From positions 23,994,001-24,058,000 of the forward strand of contig OX597832.1 of NCBI GenBank assembly GCA_951406725.2: 64,000 nucleotides of DNA, given 5' to 3'. The notes under the pieces are model-generated. The model searched no databases. It was not told the origin of the DNA and saw nothing but the letters and a program-made list of their open reading frames with translations. This document shows, one piece after another, positions 11,646 through 25,480 of the stretch (position 1 is the first letter of the stretch; each line of letters opens with the position of its first letter). The stretch is from Octopus vulgaris (lineage: Eukaryota). The translations under genes and the position numbers were made by a program.

Positions 11646-13719
11646 ATATACATACATATGTATATATGCATATATAAATACATATCAACACACACATACA
11701 CATTTTCATATATATGTACATAAATACACATTTGTATATATACACACACATATGTATTTATGTATGTACACTGGGGTCACTGAAAATCAATTTTACCCCT
11801 TCCCAAGAAATTACTGTGGTTTTCATTCAAGATAAAAATTTCTTATAGACAAGCTGTGTTAAAAAACGCAATATATATAGCTGAAGGTGCATGGCTTAGG
11901 TTAGGGTATTTGGCCCATGATTATCAGGTCGTCAGCGTGATTCCTGCTGGCATATTGTGTCCTTGAGCAAGACACTTTACGCCACGTTGCTCCAATCCAC
12001 TCAGCTGGCAAAAATGAGTTGCATCTGTTATTCAAAAGGCCAGCCTTGTTGCATTCTGTGTCACATTGACTCTCCCTGAGAACCATATTAAGAGTGCACC
12101 TGTCTCTGGAGTGCTCAACCACTTGCATGTTAATCTCCCTAGCAGGCTACTCCATTGATCGAATCAACTACAACACTCATTGTAGCCAACAGAGGGCCAC
12201 CGTATTGTTGGAGGAAGATGAAAGATTAACCCAGCTGTGAGAAAGCCGGATGCATTTTGACCTTCCTGGGCCTTGTCAATCATGTACATGCCTAGACAAA
12301 GTCTGTCATCTCTGATCTAGGAAGCAGTGAATAATTTATCCACTGACATTGTGAATATCTACCACTCTGCATTACAAGTGAAGCCATATTAAATTAAAGC
12401 AGCTTTCTATGTATCTTACTTAATATATATATACCCTATTGATAGGCAAGTCGCTATGGTTTTCACCTGAGATAAAATCTCTTATAGAAGCACAGAGAGG
12501 GATGAAAAATCCTCCCAGTGGTGGTTACTGAAGTGCCAAGACAATTCTTTGTTTCCTTCCAATATAAGTGTTTTGTAACAATACGTCAATGAGAGATTTT
12601 ATCTCGGACAATAACTGTTGTGTTGCCTGTCAATGGCGTCCATGTTAACTCTTTAGCGTTTACACTGAGTATATCCAGCCCAAATATTCTGTTTTAAGTT
12701 CAAACTGACCAGATACAGCCTTTCACACCTGCCCTACAATGTCATTCTTGAAATAAACAGTCACATTATCCAAATCTCAAAGCTACAAGATAATGCATTA
12801 TTAATTCAAAACAATGAGAATAAATAAGCATTATATTTAATGAAGTAATCTGAATGCCAAAAGATTGAGTATAGTGGCTATTTTTGCAATTATTTTAGAA
12901 TATCCTCAACTGAGCCGTTCCCTTCAATTAGAAACCACTTCAACTGATCATTAGTAGAATTAGTAAACTGACAAAGAAAATGCCTTTGTGTTGTTATATC
13001 CACTTATGTTCCAAATCCTGCTGAAGTCAATTAAAAGAAAAAAAAACCTGGGATTGTTATAATCTACACTATGTACCATTCCTTAAAGTGTACGGCCTCG
13101 TGACGATTATAGCAATCATCATCATCAGCATCATCATCATCATAATTATTATTATTACTGTTAATTTTGCCTTCGGTTGTTATTGGGTTAAAATATGCAG
13201 TCAAGTACTGATGTGTTTGTATTGCTATAATTAAGTCCACAACAGTAAATAATTTAATTAGCCAAATAAACTTAGGGCATGATTTATAAAGAACAAGGTA
13301 AATAATCCAATTTTAGGAACCATCACTTGTCTGTTATAAGTTTGTGTTGTGGTTCACCATTATTATACAAACACTATAGGTGGGACATGGCTCTGTAGGA
13401 AGAAGTTTGTTTCCTAACCACAGAGTTTTGGGTTCAGTCCCACTGTGTGGTACCTTGGAATCCCAGGCTAACTGAGGCCTTGTGAGTGAATTTAAGTAGA
13501 TGGAAACTGGAAGAATCCCATCATGTGTGTGTGTACACACAAACTCGAAGCCAAAAGTCACGTATTTGGCATGGGAGGCTATTTTATGGGCTTTGAAGAC
13601 AGAAAAAGATAAATGGTTTACAGAAGACCATCAGTCATGTAATGATGTTTATCGCATGCACACAAGTAAATCACCAGCACCGTCTTGGCCGATGCCAGCG
13701 TTTTGACCTATGCCAGCGT

Positions 13720-14145
13720 TTGGCTTCTGTGCCAGTGGCACGTAAAAAGCACCAACTGATTGTGGCCGCTGCCAGCCTCCCTGGCACCTGTGGCAGTGGC
13801 ATGTAAAAAGCACCCAGCTGTAGAAACACTGCCAGGTCAGACTGGAGCTTGGTGCAGCCTCCTGGCTTCCCAGACCCCGGTCGAACCGTCCAACCCGTGC
13901 TAGCACGGAAAATGGACGTTAAACGATGATGATGATGATGATATATATATATATATATCATCATCATCATCATTTAACGTCCGTTCTCCATGCTAGCATG
14001 GGTTGGACGGTTCGACCGGGGATCTGGGAAGCCAGAAGGCTGCACCAGGCTCCAGTCTGATCTGGCAGTGTTTCTACAGCTTGATGCCCTTCCTAACGCC
14101 AACCACTCCTTGAGTGTAGTGGGTGCTTTTTACGTGCCACCGGCA
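13720..14145. mobile_element. Two family C copies joined tail-to-tail
   Basis: + copy ends in (gat)n at ~13940; - copy begins (cat)n at ~13959; (ta)n between. Confidence 0.8.
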
Positions 14146-14236
14146 CACATACACTGATTATATCTGCATATATCATCTTTATTTTAACATTCACTTTTTT
14201 TTTGCTTAAATGTGTTGAACATATATATATATACTT

Positions 14237-14274
<38 letters not shown>

Positions 14275-15187
14275 GTATATATATATACATACAAAAGCTA
14301 CATCAGGTTTGGTAAAAAAAAAGGCAATCAGATACCTACCTTGTCGCTGTTGTGATTACAGAGAGACAAAGAATTTTATCTATATAGATTAAGCACATGT
14401 ATTAAATGTTAATCTAGGGATTAATATTTAACTATAATTACCTTGCAACTATATACATACATATATATTCATAATTCAAGGGTTAATACATAACTATAAC
14501 TACCCTGCAACTGTTATGATAATTATATACTAGTAACTGAGCAGTAAATGTGTAAAATAAGATGATCTTAGTATTATCACATTAGAATTAAATCTGAAAG
14601 AATAAAAGCGAAACAATATTATATTTAGAATTAAATGTGAAAGAATAAAAGGGAAACTATTATATCAGTACAATATAGATATTATTGCTTCACTTTTGAC
14701 ACTTAATACTGAACCAGAACTACATGGTTCAAGGTTCAGTCCCACTGCATAGCAAGTGTCTTCTACTTATAGCCTCAGGCCAACCAAAGCCTTGTGAGTG
14801 GATTTGGTAAACAGAAACTAAATATATGTTCTACCTATATATGTATATATCTGTGGGCGTGTCTTTGTATCTGTCACTCCATCATCACTTGACAACCGGT
14901 GTTGGCGTGTTTACGTCCCCATAACTTAGCAGTTCAGCAAAAAAAAAAAAAAAGACCGATAGAATAAGTACAAGGCTTACAAAGATTAAGTCCTGGGGTC
15001 GAAATTTTAGACTAAAAAAAAAAATCCTTTATGGGGATGCTCCAGCATGGCCGCAGTCAAATGAGTGTAACAAATAAAAAAAAATACCATCCTTTGTTTA
15101 TCTGTCTCTCTCTCTCTCTCTTCCTGATCCTAATGAACTGCCTATACAGACCGACACACGTTTCCTTGGACACCAGATTTTTACCTT

Positions 15188-15348
15188 TGGCTGTGTGGTA
15201 AGTAGCTTGCTAACCAGCCACATGGTTCCGGGTTCAGTCCCACTGCGTGGCACCTTGGGCAAGTGTCTTCTGCTATAGCCCCGGGCCGACCAATGCCTTC
15301 TGAGTGGATTTGGTAGACGGAAACTGAAAGAAGCCTGTCGTATATATG

Positions 15349-15379
<31 letters not shown>

Positions 15380-15580
15380 TTGTGTGTCTGTGTTTGTTCC
15401 CCAAGCATTGCTTGACAACCGATGCTGGTGTGTTTACGTCCCCGTCACTTAGCGATTCGGCAAAAAAAGAGACCGATAGAATACGTACTGGGCTTACATG
15501 GAATAAGTCCCGGGATCGATTTAATCGACTAAAGGCGGTGCTCCAGCATGGCCGCAGTCAAATGACAAACAAGTAAGAGA
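15188..15580 (+). mobile_element. SINE family A
   Basis: Match to 7460-7847. Confidence 0.8.
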
Positions 15581-15649
15581 GTAAATGACCAACTCCTTAG
15601 CGTTTTGATAGTTGAATCCGATTCATTGTAACTAACTCAGCACACGCGC

Positions 15650-15940
15650 GTGGTGGCCGATGCCAGCACCGCCTCGACTGGCTTCCGTGCCGGTGGCACA
15701 TAAAATACACCAATCCGACCGTGGCCGTTGCCAGCCTCGCCTGGCACCTGTGCAAGTGGCACGTAAAAAGCACCCACTACTCTCATGGAGTGGTTGGCGT
15801 TAGGAAGGGCATCCAGCTGTAGAAACATTGCCAGATAAGACTGGAGCCTGGTGCAGCCTTCTGGCTTCCCAGATCCCCGGTCGAACCGTCCAACCCATGC
15901 TAGCATGGAGAACGGACGTTAAACGATGATGATGATGATC
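15650..15940 (+). mobile_element. Family C retroposon
   Basis: Match to other copies, (gat)n tail. Confidence 0.75.
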
Positions 15941-16284
15941 AAAACAAAGTATTTAAGAAGAAAAAAAAGTTTTAAAACAAAAGTAACAATGGACAACAAA
16001 TTGTGGTTTTGCATTAAGTGTATTTGTGTCACAATTTTATATATATATTTAGTTAATCCAAACATGAACAAGCAAGGAAAAAACCAGGACAACGCGAGGA
16101 AGTGGAATGAGTGGAGTCTTGTTATTGGACGCCCAGGAAAGGAAAGGAGAGTTAAGAGGATTTCATGTTTCAAGTGGAGAACTTCATGGGAAATATAGAA
16201 AAAAAGTCCAAATAAGGGAATAGGGAGAGAGAAAATGGCCAACGATACACAACGCGGTCACGTGAATAAATAAATAAATAAATA

Positions 16285-16287
16285 TAC

Positions 16288-16318
<31 letters not shown>

Positions 16319-16700
16319 GAATAAGAAAGATAGAGAGAGAGAAAGAAAGAGACAGACAGAGAGAGGGAGAAAGAAACAGGCAGAGAGAGAGAGAAAGAGA
16401 CAGATAGACAGAGAAAAAGATAGAGAGAGAGAGAGAGAAAGAGACAGACAGAGACAGAGAGAAAGAAAGAGACAGACAGAGAGAGACAGAAAGAGACAGG
16501 CAGACAGAGAGAAAAAGAAAGAGACAGACAGAGAGAGAAATAAAGAGACAGACTGAGAGAGAAAAAGAAAGAGAGAGAGAGAAAGAAAGAGACAGACAGA
16601 CAGAGAGAGAGAGAAAGAAAGAGACAGACAAAGACAGAGAGAGAAAGAAAAAGAAAGGAGAGAAAGAGAGAGAGGGAAAGAAAGATAGATAGACAGACAT
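16285..16700. repeat. (GA/GACA)n purine-rich simple repeat
   Basis: Direct inspection. Confidence 0.95.
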
Positions 16701-17748
16701 TCCTAGGAATGTGCCCCGCTCCTGACCTTCCTTCCTCGTAACTTCCAGAAAAATGGATATTTCTTTAATGAAATTTTCTAAAAAAAACAAATGGCGGAGG
16801 TGGGTTCCGCTCAATATAAAGACCTTCACCCGTGAACCCCCCAAAAATCAACCAGCCCGAGGGGGGGGGGGAGTGTTAACAAGTGTGTGGAAAACGATAA
16901 TGAAAAAATTTTTAAAAAAGCGCGCTGACGACTCTGGGGTTGAGGAGAGGAATTTCGGAAAATTCACAAGATCCGATTTTTCCATCATAACTTCGGTTTA
17001 AATGGATATATATAAATTTTTTTATGGAATCCCACGTTTTTGGTTATGGAGGATCCGATTTTGAAAAAAAAAAATATTCAAAAATCGCATTTTCAAAATT
17101 TCAATTCCCCCCACCTCATCCCTTCATTTTTCACTCTTTTCGAAATTTTAATTTTTTTTTTTTTGAGAAATACGTAGAAAAATATGAAGATTACGATTCT
17201 AAAAAAAAAAATTATTTGTAAAATTTCATTTTTCAACAAGAAAAAAAAAGGCGCAGGAGTGGCTGTGTGGTAAGTGTCTTGTTTACCAACCACATGGTTC
17301 CGGGTTCAGTCCCACTGTGTGTGTGACACCTTGGGCAAGTTGTCTTCTACTATAGCCTCGGGCCGACCAAAGCCTTGTGAGTGGATTTGGTAGACGGAAA
17401 CTGAAAGACGCCCGTCGTATATATGTGTGTGCTTGACGGTACTACTAGCGAACAGTGGTCCCGGTGCGCGCACTCGCACTAGCTAGTCGTAATTAGTCGA
17501 TCCTACAACGAATTGTGCGTATGCGCAAATGATACACGTTTGTATTTCAAGGCTGAATAACATATCAAAGAAAATGTTTTTTTGTTTTTTTTTAAACGAT
17601 GTATATAATTTTTTTTATACAAATTAAATAATATTTTCGAACCAAGTAAATATTTTTTTTAAACTAAGTAAAAAACTAATACATTATTTTTTTTAAAATT
17701 ATTTACTTAGTTCGAAATATAAAAAACTCATTTTCTTTGATTTGTATG

Positions 17749-17784
<36 letters not shown>

Positions 17785-17981
17785 TCCCCCCCACCTCCCA
17801 AGAACGCTTGATAACAGACGCTGGTGGTGTTTGCGTCCCCGTAACTTAGCGGTTCGGCAAAAGAGAACCGATGGAATAAATACTAGGCTTACAAAGAATA
17901 AGTCCTGAGGGTCGATTTGCTCGACTGAAAGGCGGTGCTGCAGCATGGCCACAGGTCAAATGACTGAAACCAGTAAAAGAG

Positions 17982-18022
<41 letters not shown>

Positions 18023-18299
18023 TTGGGTGTCTGTTTGTCCCTCCCTCCCAATATCGCTTGACAACCGATGCTGGTGTGTTTACGTCCCCCGAAACTTAGC
18101 GGTTCGGCATAAGACCCGTTAGAACAAGTACTAGCCTTACAAAGAATAAGTCCTGGGGGTCGATTTGCTCGACTGAAAGGCGGTGCTCCAGCATGGCCGC
18201 AGGTCAAATGACTGAAACAAGTAAAAGAGTAAAAAGATGTCGGTTTCGGGACGCGGGGGGGGGGGGTGACTGTGCGCCAGGGTCCTCCCGAGAAATTTC

Positions 18300-19192
18300 T
18301 ACTCGGTCTGAGAGAGACGACTGCTGACCGAGGTGGGTGTGGCAAGTGTGTGCAAAGTGTTGCAGTTGACGAGTTGAATGGTTTTGTCTCCCTCTATGTT
18401 GGCCCCTTGTAGGTAATAAAGAAATTTGATGGTTTTGTTCCCCATCGACCAAAAATTGCTTTTCGGCCCCTTTCGCTAAACTGCCCCGGGTCCTTGAACG
18501 CGGTTTGAGTTACGAGGGCATGGGACCTGGGGGGGTGGCCATTCACGAAGGAATACCTCCCTAAATAAGAACAGAAGTTAACTCACCGTGGTGCAGCATT
18601 AATGCCAGCGTCCTATCCATAAGCTCGGAGGCTTCGGAATCGCCAAATTCTTCCGCATCCTCCATCCTGACCACGAAGCCAGAGTCTGTATTTCAAAATG
18701 GCGTATTCGCGAATGGCAAAACGGTTGGGTTCAGGATGTCTGTTGCCCCTTGTTGCTGTGTCCTCATCGGGTACCGCTGTTACATAGGAATACTTCGTCA
18801 GGTCCGAGGTGACTTTCCGCAGCACGGTGAATCCGTGCTTCAATCCGTGGGGACCATACTTGGGCCAGCTTCAGCCAGGGTCGTGATAGCTTCAGTGCGG
18901 CGGTCGTGTGGTGGTCGCTCGCCATATTTGAGTTATGTACTTCGGGATGGGGGGGGGTCACCAGTAATGACAGCTCGAACAAGCCATACATAAAAAGCAA
19001 CCGGGAACAAGACAGTGTCGGGATACTGCTTATTTCACTTCCATCAGCTACACATCATGAGAGCGAATAAGACCAACAGTCTTAAATACCAGAGGCTTCT
19101 TTCCCGCCCAATCGGAAGTCCGTTCTCACTGCGGACCAGCCCACTTGCTCGCTCGCCGCAGTGAAGATCCTATCTAAAGGTCGTCACTTATA
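18300..19192 (-). mobile_element. Decayed Ty3/gypsy LTR retrotransposon 5' part (LTR, tRNA-Trp PBS, gag relic)
   Basis: TGGTGACCCC (minus 18963-18954) is complementary to the tRNA-Trp 3' end. It is followed by frameshifted gag-like LRKVTSDLTKYSYV...YAILKYRL. GC-rich compared with flanks; putative LTR ~18966-19192. Confidence 0.6.
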
Positions 19193-19644
19193 ATCCCATT
19201 AGCAGTGCCCTACATTAATATATATGTGCACGAGGCCACCATTAAAATAATATTTTTTTTATCATAAAAAAATTCCAAAATAATCGTAATCTACACTCTG
19301 AAAGATATCAATAGAAAATTTCGTGAAAAATAAATGGTAAAATTACCCATTTTTCAGAAAGTTATGGGTAGAGAAAGCCGTTACGTGTGAATTTTGCATA
19401 CACTCCTGACCACACCTTCAGAATTTTTTCTTTTTTTTCACATAATTTGATATAATTAGAATCTACACCATCCTTAGCGTATTTGTAGAAAATTACATTA
19501 TAAAATATCCAATCAGGGATATACAAATGTAGGAATATATATATATATATTTTATTATATAGAAGGAGCTTCTACAGGACTAGAACTGTTTCATTCAAGA
19601 GAGTACCTTATTTACTGTGGTTAACCCCGAATCAACCCGGGACC

Positions 19645-19692
<48 letters not shown>

Positions 19693-20491
19693 CACGTGAC
19701 CGATCAGACCATCAGATGTTGTTACACATCGCTGATCACAATGCGCTTTGCATTGTTTTAGTCTTCGAATAACGCCACCCCGCTGGCTAAGCGAGCAAGC
19801 CAACAGAAGAAAGAGTACAGTGTAGCTTTTAGATGTTTTCGCTCAATAAACACTCACAACGCCCGGTCCGGGAATCGAAACCGCGATCCTGCGACCGCGA
19901 GTCCGCTGCTCTATCCACTGGGCCATTGCGCCTCCATATATATATTTTTTTTTTTTTGGAAGATAAAATATATATATATATATATATATTTAAACAGATA
20001 AGAGATGGCCATAATAGGACAGCTGACTCACTAGAAAGAGCAGTTAAACTCCAAACCACTAATAGTTGTAATTCTGAAAGGGAAAGAGAAATATAAACGT
20101 TTTCCCTGTCTTTCTTGGACAATGTATAATTTTGGCAATCTTTTGTAAACAAAATAAAATAATTTTAATTTACAATTGGCGTTGCCATCTTCAGCAAGTA
20201 TTCTTATTCGTGTTATCATTATTAATTTTACGTATTTTCGTATTCTTATTCGTTCCCGTCCTTGTTTTGTATACATTCGAGGCTTTCTTCCAAGGAATCT
20301 AATGCGCTTGGCTTAGATTTTCCTTTGGGGCTGGCCAGGTCGGAGCAATCTCAAGATTAATCAGCCGAAATTGCGAAGATGATCCGGTTCTTGACTGAAG
20401 ATCGAAGGCTTCGAATGTCCCGTCCGTTTTTTTTGTATCGTCTTCTAAATGTTTTGCGTTCTTGTCCCAGTTTGTGTTTTTTTACTTTTAC

Positions 20492-20522
<31 letters not shown>

Positions 20523-21349
20523 ATGAAACTACAGGAGTAGTTGAAAGCGCTAATATGATGAAATAATATGTGATATGTAAATAAATATATATTTTTACAA
20601 CCATCCAGCATTCTGAACACCTTTTTTCTTTCATATATGTATATATATTTCAAGGGTAGCAAATTCAAAAAGCTATTCGTCCACTCAGAACAACAAATCT
20701 TAAGTGTCCATGGGCCAATCAAGAGCGAACACACGCAGAGAAACAAATAATAGTTATTTTAATTTTTAAAGTAAAACAGGTCAACGGAAATTAACCCAAA
20801 ATGCATCTTTTATTATACATTACGAAAAAAAAAAACGTCGAATGTAAGAACAAAAAAAGTGTCTGTGAAAGAGAAAGAAAGAAATACAGCAAAGGCACTT
20901 GAAAATTTACCTGTTAAAAACAGGAAGCAATTAAAGCGTAATTAACAGGTGTTAGGTATTACTTTAAAGCAGAAATTGAATAAGCAAAAAAAAAATTATT
21001 ATTTTTTCGTCTTTCTTTTATATTTTGAATCGTTAATTAAATAAAATCTGCCAAAGAGGAAAATATAACCTGAAGTTTTGAGGGAGTGGCCAGGTCGATT
21101 ATATCGAACCTCAGTGCGCAACTGGTACTTATTTAGGCATTCCGTTTAAACTTAGAAGGTGAAGACGGGCGAAACAACTGCTAAGCATTTTGTCCGGAGT
21201 GATAACGATTCTGCCAGCTCACCACCTACTTGTACCCTACTAAAAGATTACCTGGAGTTCTTCAGTAATCTAAGTAATATTGCTAACCAGGTGTGCCAAC
21301 AGAGAGCTTATGAAGTATTTTGCCCAGATTGATAATCACTCACTATTTG

Positions 21350-21398
<49 letters not shown>

Positions 21399-21993
21399 AC
21401 AATAATAAATAATAATAACAACAATAATAAATAATAATAATAATAAATAATGATAATTGATAATTGATTAACCATCACCTTTACGGGATAGGTGAAGGTT
21501 ATAAGTTATGATTTAGTATATATATTTCAACTGTTAACAAAGAAATGGTTAGTATGTTTAAAATGTTAACGTTGTGATTGTTTTGCTTTTTGTTTAAATA
21601 GTTCCATAATCTTACCCTGAGCATGCTTAATTAACCACAAAATAAATCATCGACAAAGACATGCAGGTGGCAAAATTCAAACACGATGCTCTGATCACCA
21701 AAGAGAAGATAACTCTGGTTTACTATTTGTTAATCGACTCAGTTCACTCTTCAGAATTGGAGGGAATATTGCTCTAAATGTGTAAATTCATCCATGTTTT
21801 GAAATTTGTGGTTTTTCTCGACCCCCGTTCACCTTTTTGCTGAATACACGGTCAAACCGGGAGTAGATATTACTCCTGACTCACAGTACCTCTATCGAGG
21901 TTTACCGGGATTGGTAAATACTCTTTTGCTTATATCAGATATTGTTTACATGCTGTAAAGTTTTCTTTTCCACCCCTCATCTCCGGCTGAAAC

Positions 21994-23307
21994 ATGAGTG
22001 GACGAGTGAACAACACGATTCCGATCCAGTCGACGGCGGGAGCCGTGACGATCAAGAATGAAAAGGGAGACATCACGATGCAAAAGGTGAAGGTGAATCG
22101 GTACGTGACGGGTAAAAGGCCCGACTACGCTCCGGATTCGAGCAGCGAGGAAGAAGAAGAAGTCGAGTTCAATTTCGGGTCGAAGAAGGTACGTGACGCT
22201 CCTAAACCGGTTCTTGTTGATAGCAAATCCGAAGATCCTCGTTTGAGGCGGTTGAAAGAGAGAACGATTGATGATGATAGCGATGTGGAGGATCGGGTTA
22301 CGAGGCATCGTAGGGAGGTTATTGAACCAGAGGTTGTCATGGAAGCATCCGAAGATGAAATGGATGACAGACATCGGCGGGAGGAAGAGGAAAGTAGCGA
22401 AGAAGAAGAACTAGATGAAGAAGAAATCGAGAGAAGGAGAGAATTATTAAGGCAACGGGCCTTGCAGAGAAAAGAAGAAGAGGAAGAGGAAGTTATGGAC
22501 CTCGAAGATGAAAAATCTGAAGGCGAAAGTGATGAAGAATCATCTGAATATGAGGAATATACCGATTCCGAAGAAGAAACTGGGCCCAGATTGAAACCTG
22601 TTTTCGTCAGGAAGAAAGACAGAATCACGATCCAAGAGAAGGAGAAGGAGGACTTAAGGGCCCGGGAGCAAGAAATCGAAACGAAACGAATGGTGGAAGA
22701 AAGACGAAGACAGACATTAAAGATAATCGAAACGGATGCTAGAAAAGAATTAGAAGAGAAGAAGGAGGAAGATCCGTGTGATGCTGTGGATACGGGTGAC
22801 GAAAATGACGAAGAAGAATACGAAGCCTGGAAAGTCCGTGAGTTGAAACGCATGAAGCGTGACCGAGAGGAACGAGAAGCCCTGGAGAAAGAAAAGGGTG
22901 AGATCGACCGATTACGAAACATGAACGACGAAGAAAGACGATCAGAACAGCGAGCTAATCCCAAGATTATACCCAACAAAGCACCCAAAGGACGATATAA
23001 GTTCCTTCAGAAATACTATCATAGGGGTGCGTTTTTCATGGACGAAGAAGACACTGTTTACAAGCGGGACTTTTCAGCTCCAACTTTGGAAGATCATTTT
23101 GATAAAACTATTCTACCTAAAGTCATGCAGGTGAAGAATTTTGGTCGTTCTGGACGAACCAAATATACGCATTTGGTTGACCAAGACACGACTCAGTTCG
23201 ATTCTCCTTGGCTGGCCGACACTGCACAAAATCTTAAATTCCATACATCAAAAGGTGGCGGCATGAAACAAGTCTTTGACAGACCGTCTGTCAAAAAACG
23301 GAAATAA
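21994..23307 (+). CDS. MFAP1: Microfibrillar-associated protein 1 (spliceosomal B-complex protein MFAP1/Spp381), intronless CDS, 437 aa
   Basis: PIQSTAGAV, RYVTGKRPDYAP, RLKPVFVRKKDR, EYEAWKVRELKR, KFLQKYYHRGAFF, VMQVKNFGRSGRTKYTHLVDQDTT. Intact ORF from ATG to TAA. Confidence 0.97.
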   Translation: MSGRVNNTIPIQSTAGAVTIKNEKGDITMQKVKVNRYVTGKRPDYAPDSSSEEEEEVEFNFGSKKVRDAPKPVLVDSKSEDPRLRRLKERTIDDDSDVEDRVTRHRREVIEPEVVMEASEDEMDDRHRREEEESSEEEELDEEEIERRRELLRQRALQRKEEEEEEVMDLEDEKSEGESDEESSEYEEYTDSEEETGPRLKPVFVRKKDRITIQEKEKEDLRAREQEIETKRMVEERRRQTLKIIETDARKELEEKKEEDPCDAVDTGDENDEEEYEAWKVRELKRMKRDREEREALEKEKGEIDRLRNMNDEERRSEQRANPKIIPNKAPKGRYKFLQKYYHRGAFFMDEEDTVYKRDFSAPTLEDHFDKTILPKVMQVKNFGRSGRTKYTHLVDQDTTQFDSPWLADTAQNLKFHTSKGGGMKQVFDRPSVKKRK

Positions 23308-23714
23308 TATTTAAATACATGACAACTAAGTACAAACTTTACAAAACCTGTGACTCAAACAAATTACTATTACATTCTTTTTTTTTCTTTCTTTTTTAGG
23401 GACACAAATTGTTTTCTTTCAAAAGGGGACAAATATTATTTTTGTTATCAATTTAAAACACAAAATAGTGAGCTGGCAGAATTGTTAGCAAGCCAGACAA
23501 GATGCTTAACATCTGTCTTTACATTCTGAGTTCAAATTCTGCCTTTCCTCTTTTCATGTCGATAAAATAAGTACCAGCTGACCACTAGGATCAATATGAT
23601 CAACTTACCCCTTATAATTACTGGCCTTGTACCAAATTTTGAAACCATTATTAATATAAAACATATCAAGGGCAGATAGCTTATTTCTAAATTTCATTTA
23701 ATATCTAGAAAGTA

Positions 23715-24389
23715 CAGGTACAACTTAGATTTTCCAGAACCTTTAGTTCCAAAACCTTTCCAGATTATGGATTATCAAGGGCGTTCACCTTCTATATTAA
23801 ATTTACTTGAATAATTAACTGGAATACCTGTACAGATAATACAAGTTCATAAGGCGGCGAGCTGGCAGAAACGTTAGCACGTTGGGCGAAATACTAAGCG
23901 GTATTTCGTCTGCCGTTACGTTGTGAGTTCAAATTCCGCCGAGGTCGACTTTGCCTTTCATCCTTTCAGGGTCGATAAATTAAGTACCAGTTACGCACTG
24001 GGGTCTATTTAATCGACTTGATCCATTTGTCCGTCCTTGTTTGTCCCCTCTGTGTTTAGCCCCTTGTGGGTAGTAAAGGAATAGATATTTCGTCTGCCGC
24101 TACATTCTGAGTTCAAATTCCGCCGAGGTCGACTTTGCCTTTCATCCTTTCGGGGTCGATAAACTAAGTACCAGTTACGCACTGGGGTTGATGTAATCGA
24201 CTTGATCCGTTTGTCTGTCCTTGTTTGTCCTCTCTGTGGTTGGCAAAGAAATAGATGATACAAGTTCATTAATGTTGTACTATGCAAGGCACTAGTAAAC
24301 TAATCTGGTGGGAATTTGAAGTTCCTGATCGTTAATTAGAGCAGATTATAAGAGATTTCAAACCGTCTGTGTCTGGAAAGTTGTACCTG
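23715..24389. mobile_element. pogo/Tigger-like MITE relic with nested SINEs
   Basis: ta|caggtacaactt ... aagttgtacctg|ta: 12-bp TIR with TA TSD. Confidence 0.5.
23853..24255 (+). mobile_element. SINE family B, dimeric
   Basis: ggcggcgagctggcagaa head, gttcaaattcc B box, gcctttcatcctttcggggtcgataaa core present twice; TSD atacaagttcat on both sides. Confidence 0.8.
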
Positions 24390-25299
24390 TAACGTCATTA
24401 GTTCTCTAATACAGAAGCAGTATAGGTTATCTCTTTGTCAGCGTCATTTTGAAATACTTTGATAAGTTATTAAGGAAAAAACAATGGCGAGAAAATGTTT
24501 TATATGTTTATTAACAAAGATATGTAAGATAGCAAGTCTTTAAAACAAAACAAAAGAAAAAAAGAAAGAAAACTTCAAAAAAAAAAAAAAATTGTCTGCT
24601 GTTTATTTTCTGAACTCTTGGTTGTACCCCAGACATTCTATATCAAAAACTTTGGCATCAACAAATTTTCACAGAAAAAAAAAAAATCATTATTTAATTT
24701 TTTTTTTTATATATATATATATTCATCATTTGTCATCATAAGCAATAAACAATCTTTTGATTTTTCTAAAATACATTGTGTTTTAAAAAAAAATTAGCAT
24801 TCATTTTATTTTATTTTAAAAATGTATTTTTACTACATGGCATTATTTAAATTTCTGACAGCAAAAATGGCCATATGGTTCAAAGGAAACGAATTCATTT
24901 TATTGCAGGTCTTTCATTATATGTATATATAAGCGTGGCTGTGTGGTAAGAAGCTTGTTTCTCAGCCACATGGTTCCAGGTTCAGTTCCACTGTGGGACA
25001 CCTTGGGCAGGTGTCTTCTACTATAGCCTTGGGCCAACCAAAGCCTTTATCATGCAAGCCAAAACTTTGAAATCAGTCAACCTATTCTTTGTAAAAGTTG
25101 TATACACACATATATATTTTGCCAAACAATACATGTACACATGCACACACATATGTATATATATAAATACACATGTGTTTGTGTATACTATCTGTATGTA
25201 TATTTATAGACATATAGATATAAATGTATTTATAAATATTTACTTAAACTTTTTGGCAAAAAATACTTAATGCAGTCATAATATTTAAAGACATTTAAG

Positions 25300-25447
25300 A
25301 GTGGCTCTGTGGTAAGTACCTTACTTACCAACCACAGGGTTCAGTCCCACTGCGTGGCACCTTGGGCAAATGTCTTCTACTATAGCCTCTGGCCGACCAA
25401 AGCCTTGTGAGTGGATTTGGTAGACGCTAACTGAAAGAAGCCCGTCG

Positions 25448-25480
<33 letters not shown>

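Noticed and set aside
14331-14390. Possible DIPK2A-like 5'UTR exon (AAG|gtaggt donor at 14340); another donor-like site near 20910
   Set aside because: A splice motif alone is insufficient without transcript data.
16170-16844. 224-aa Leu/Ser ORF
   Set aside because: Translation of the (GA)n simple repeat.
20185-20430. CTGAAGA motifs in a TA-flanked block
   Set aside because: No GAAA/stem III partner on either strand; at most a decayed element.
22125-22988. 287-aa Ser-rich antisense ORF
   Set aside because: Shadow of the Glu/Arg-rich MFAP1 CDS (GAA read as TTC/TCT).
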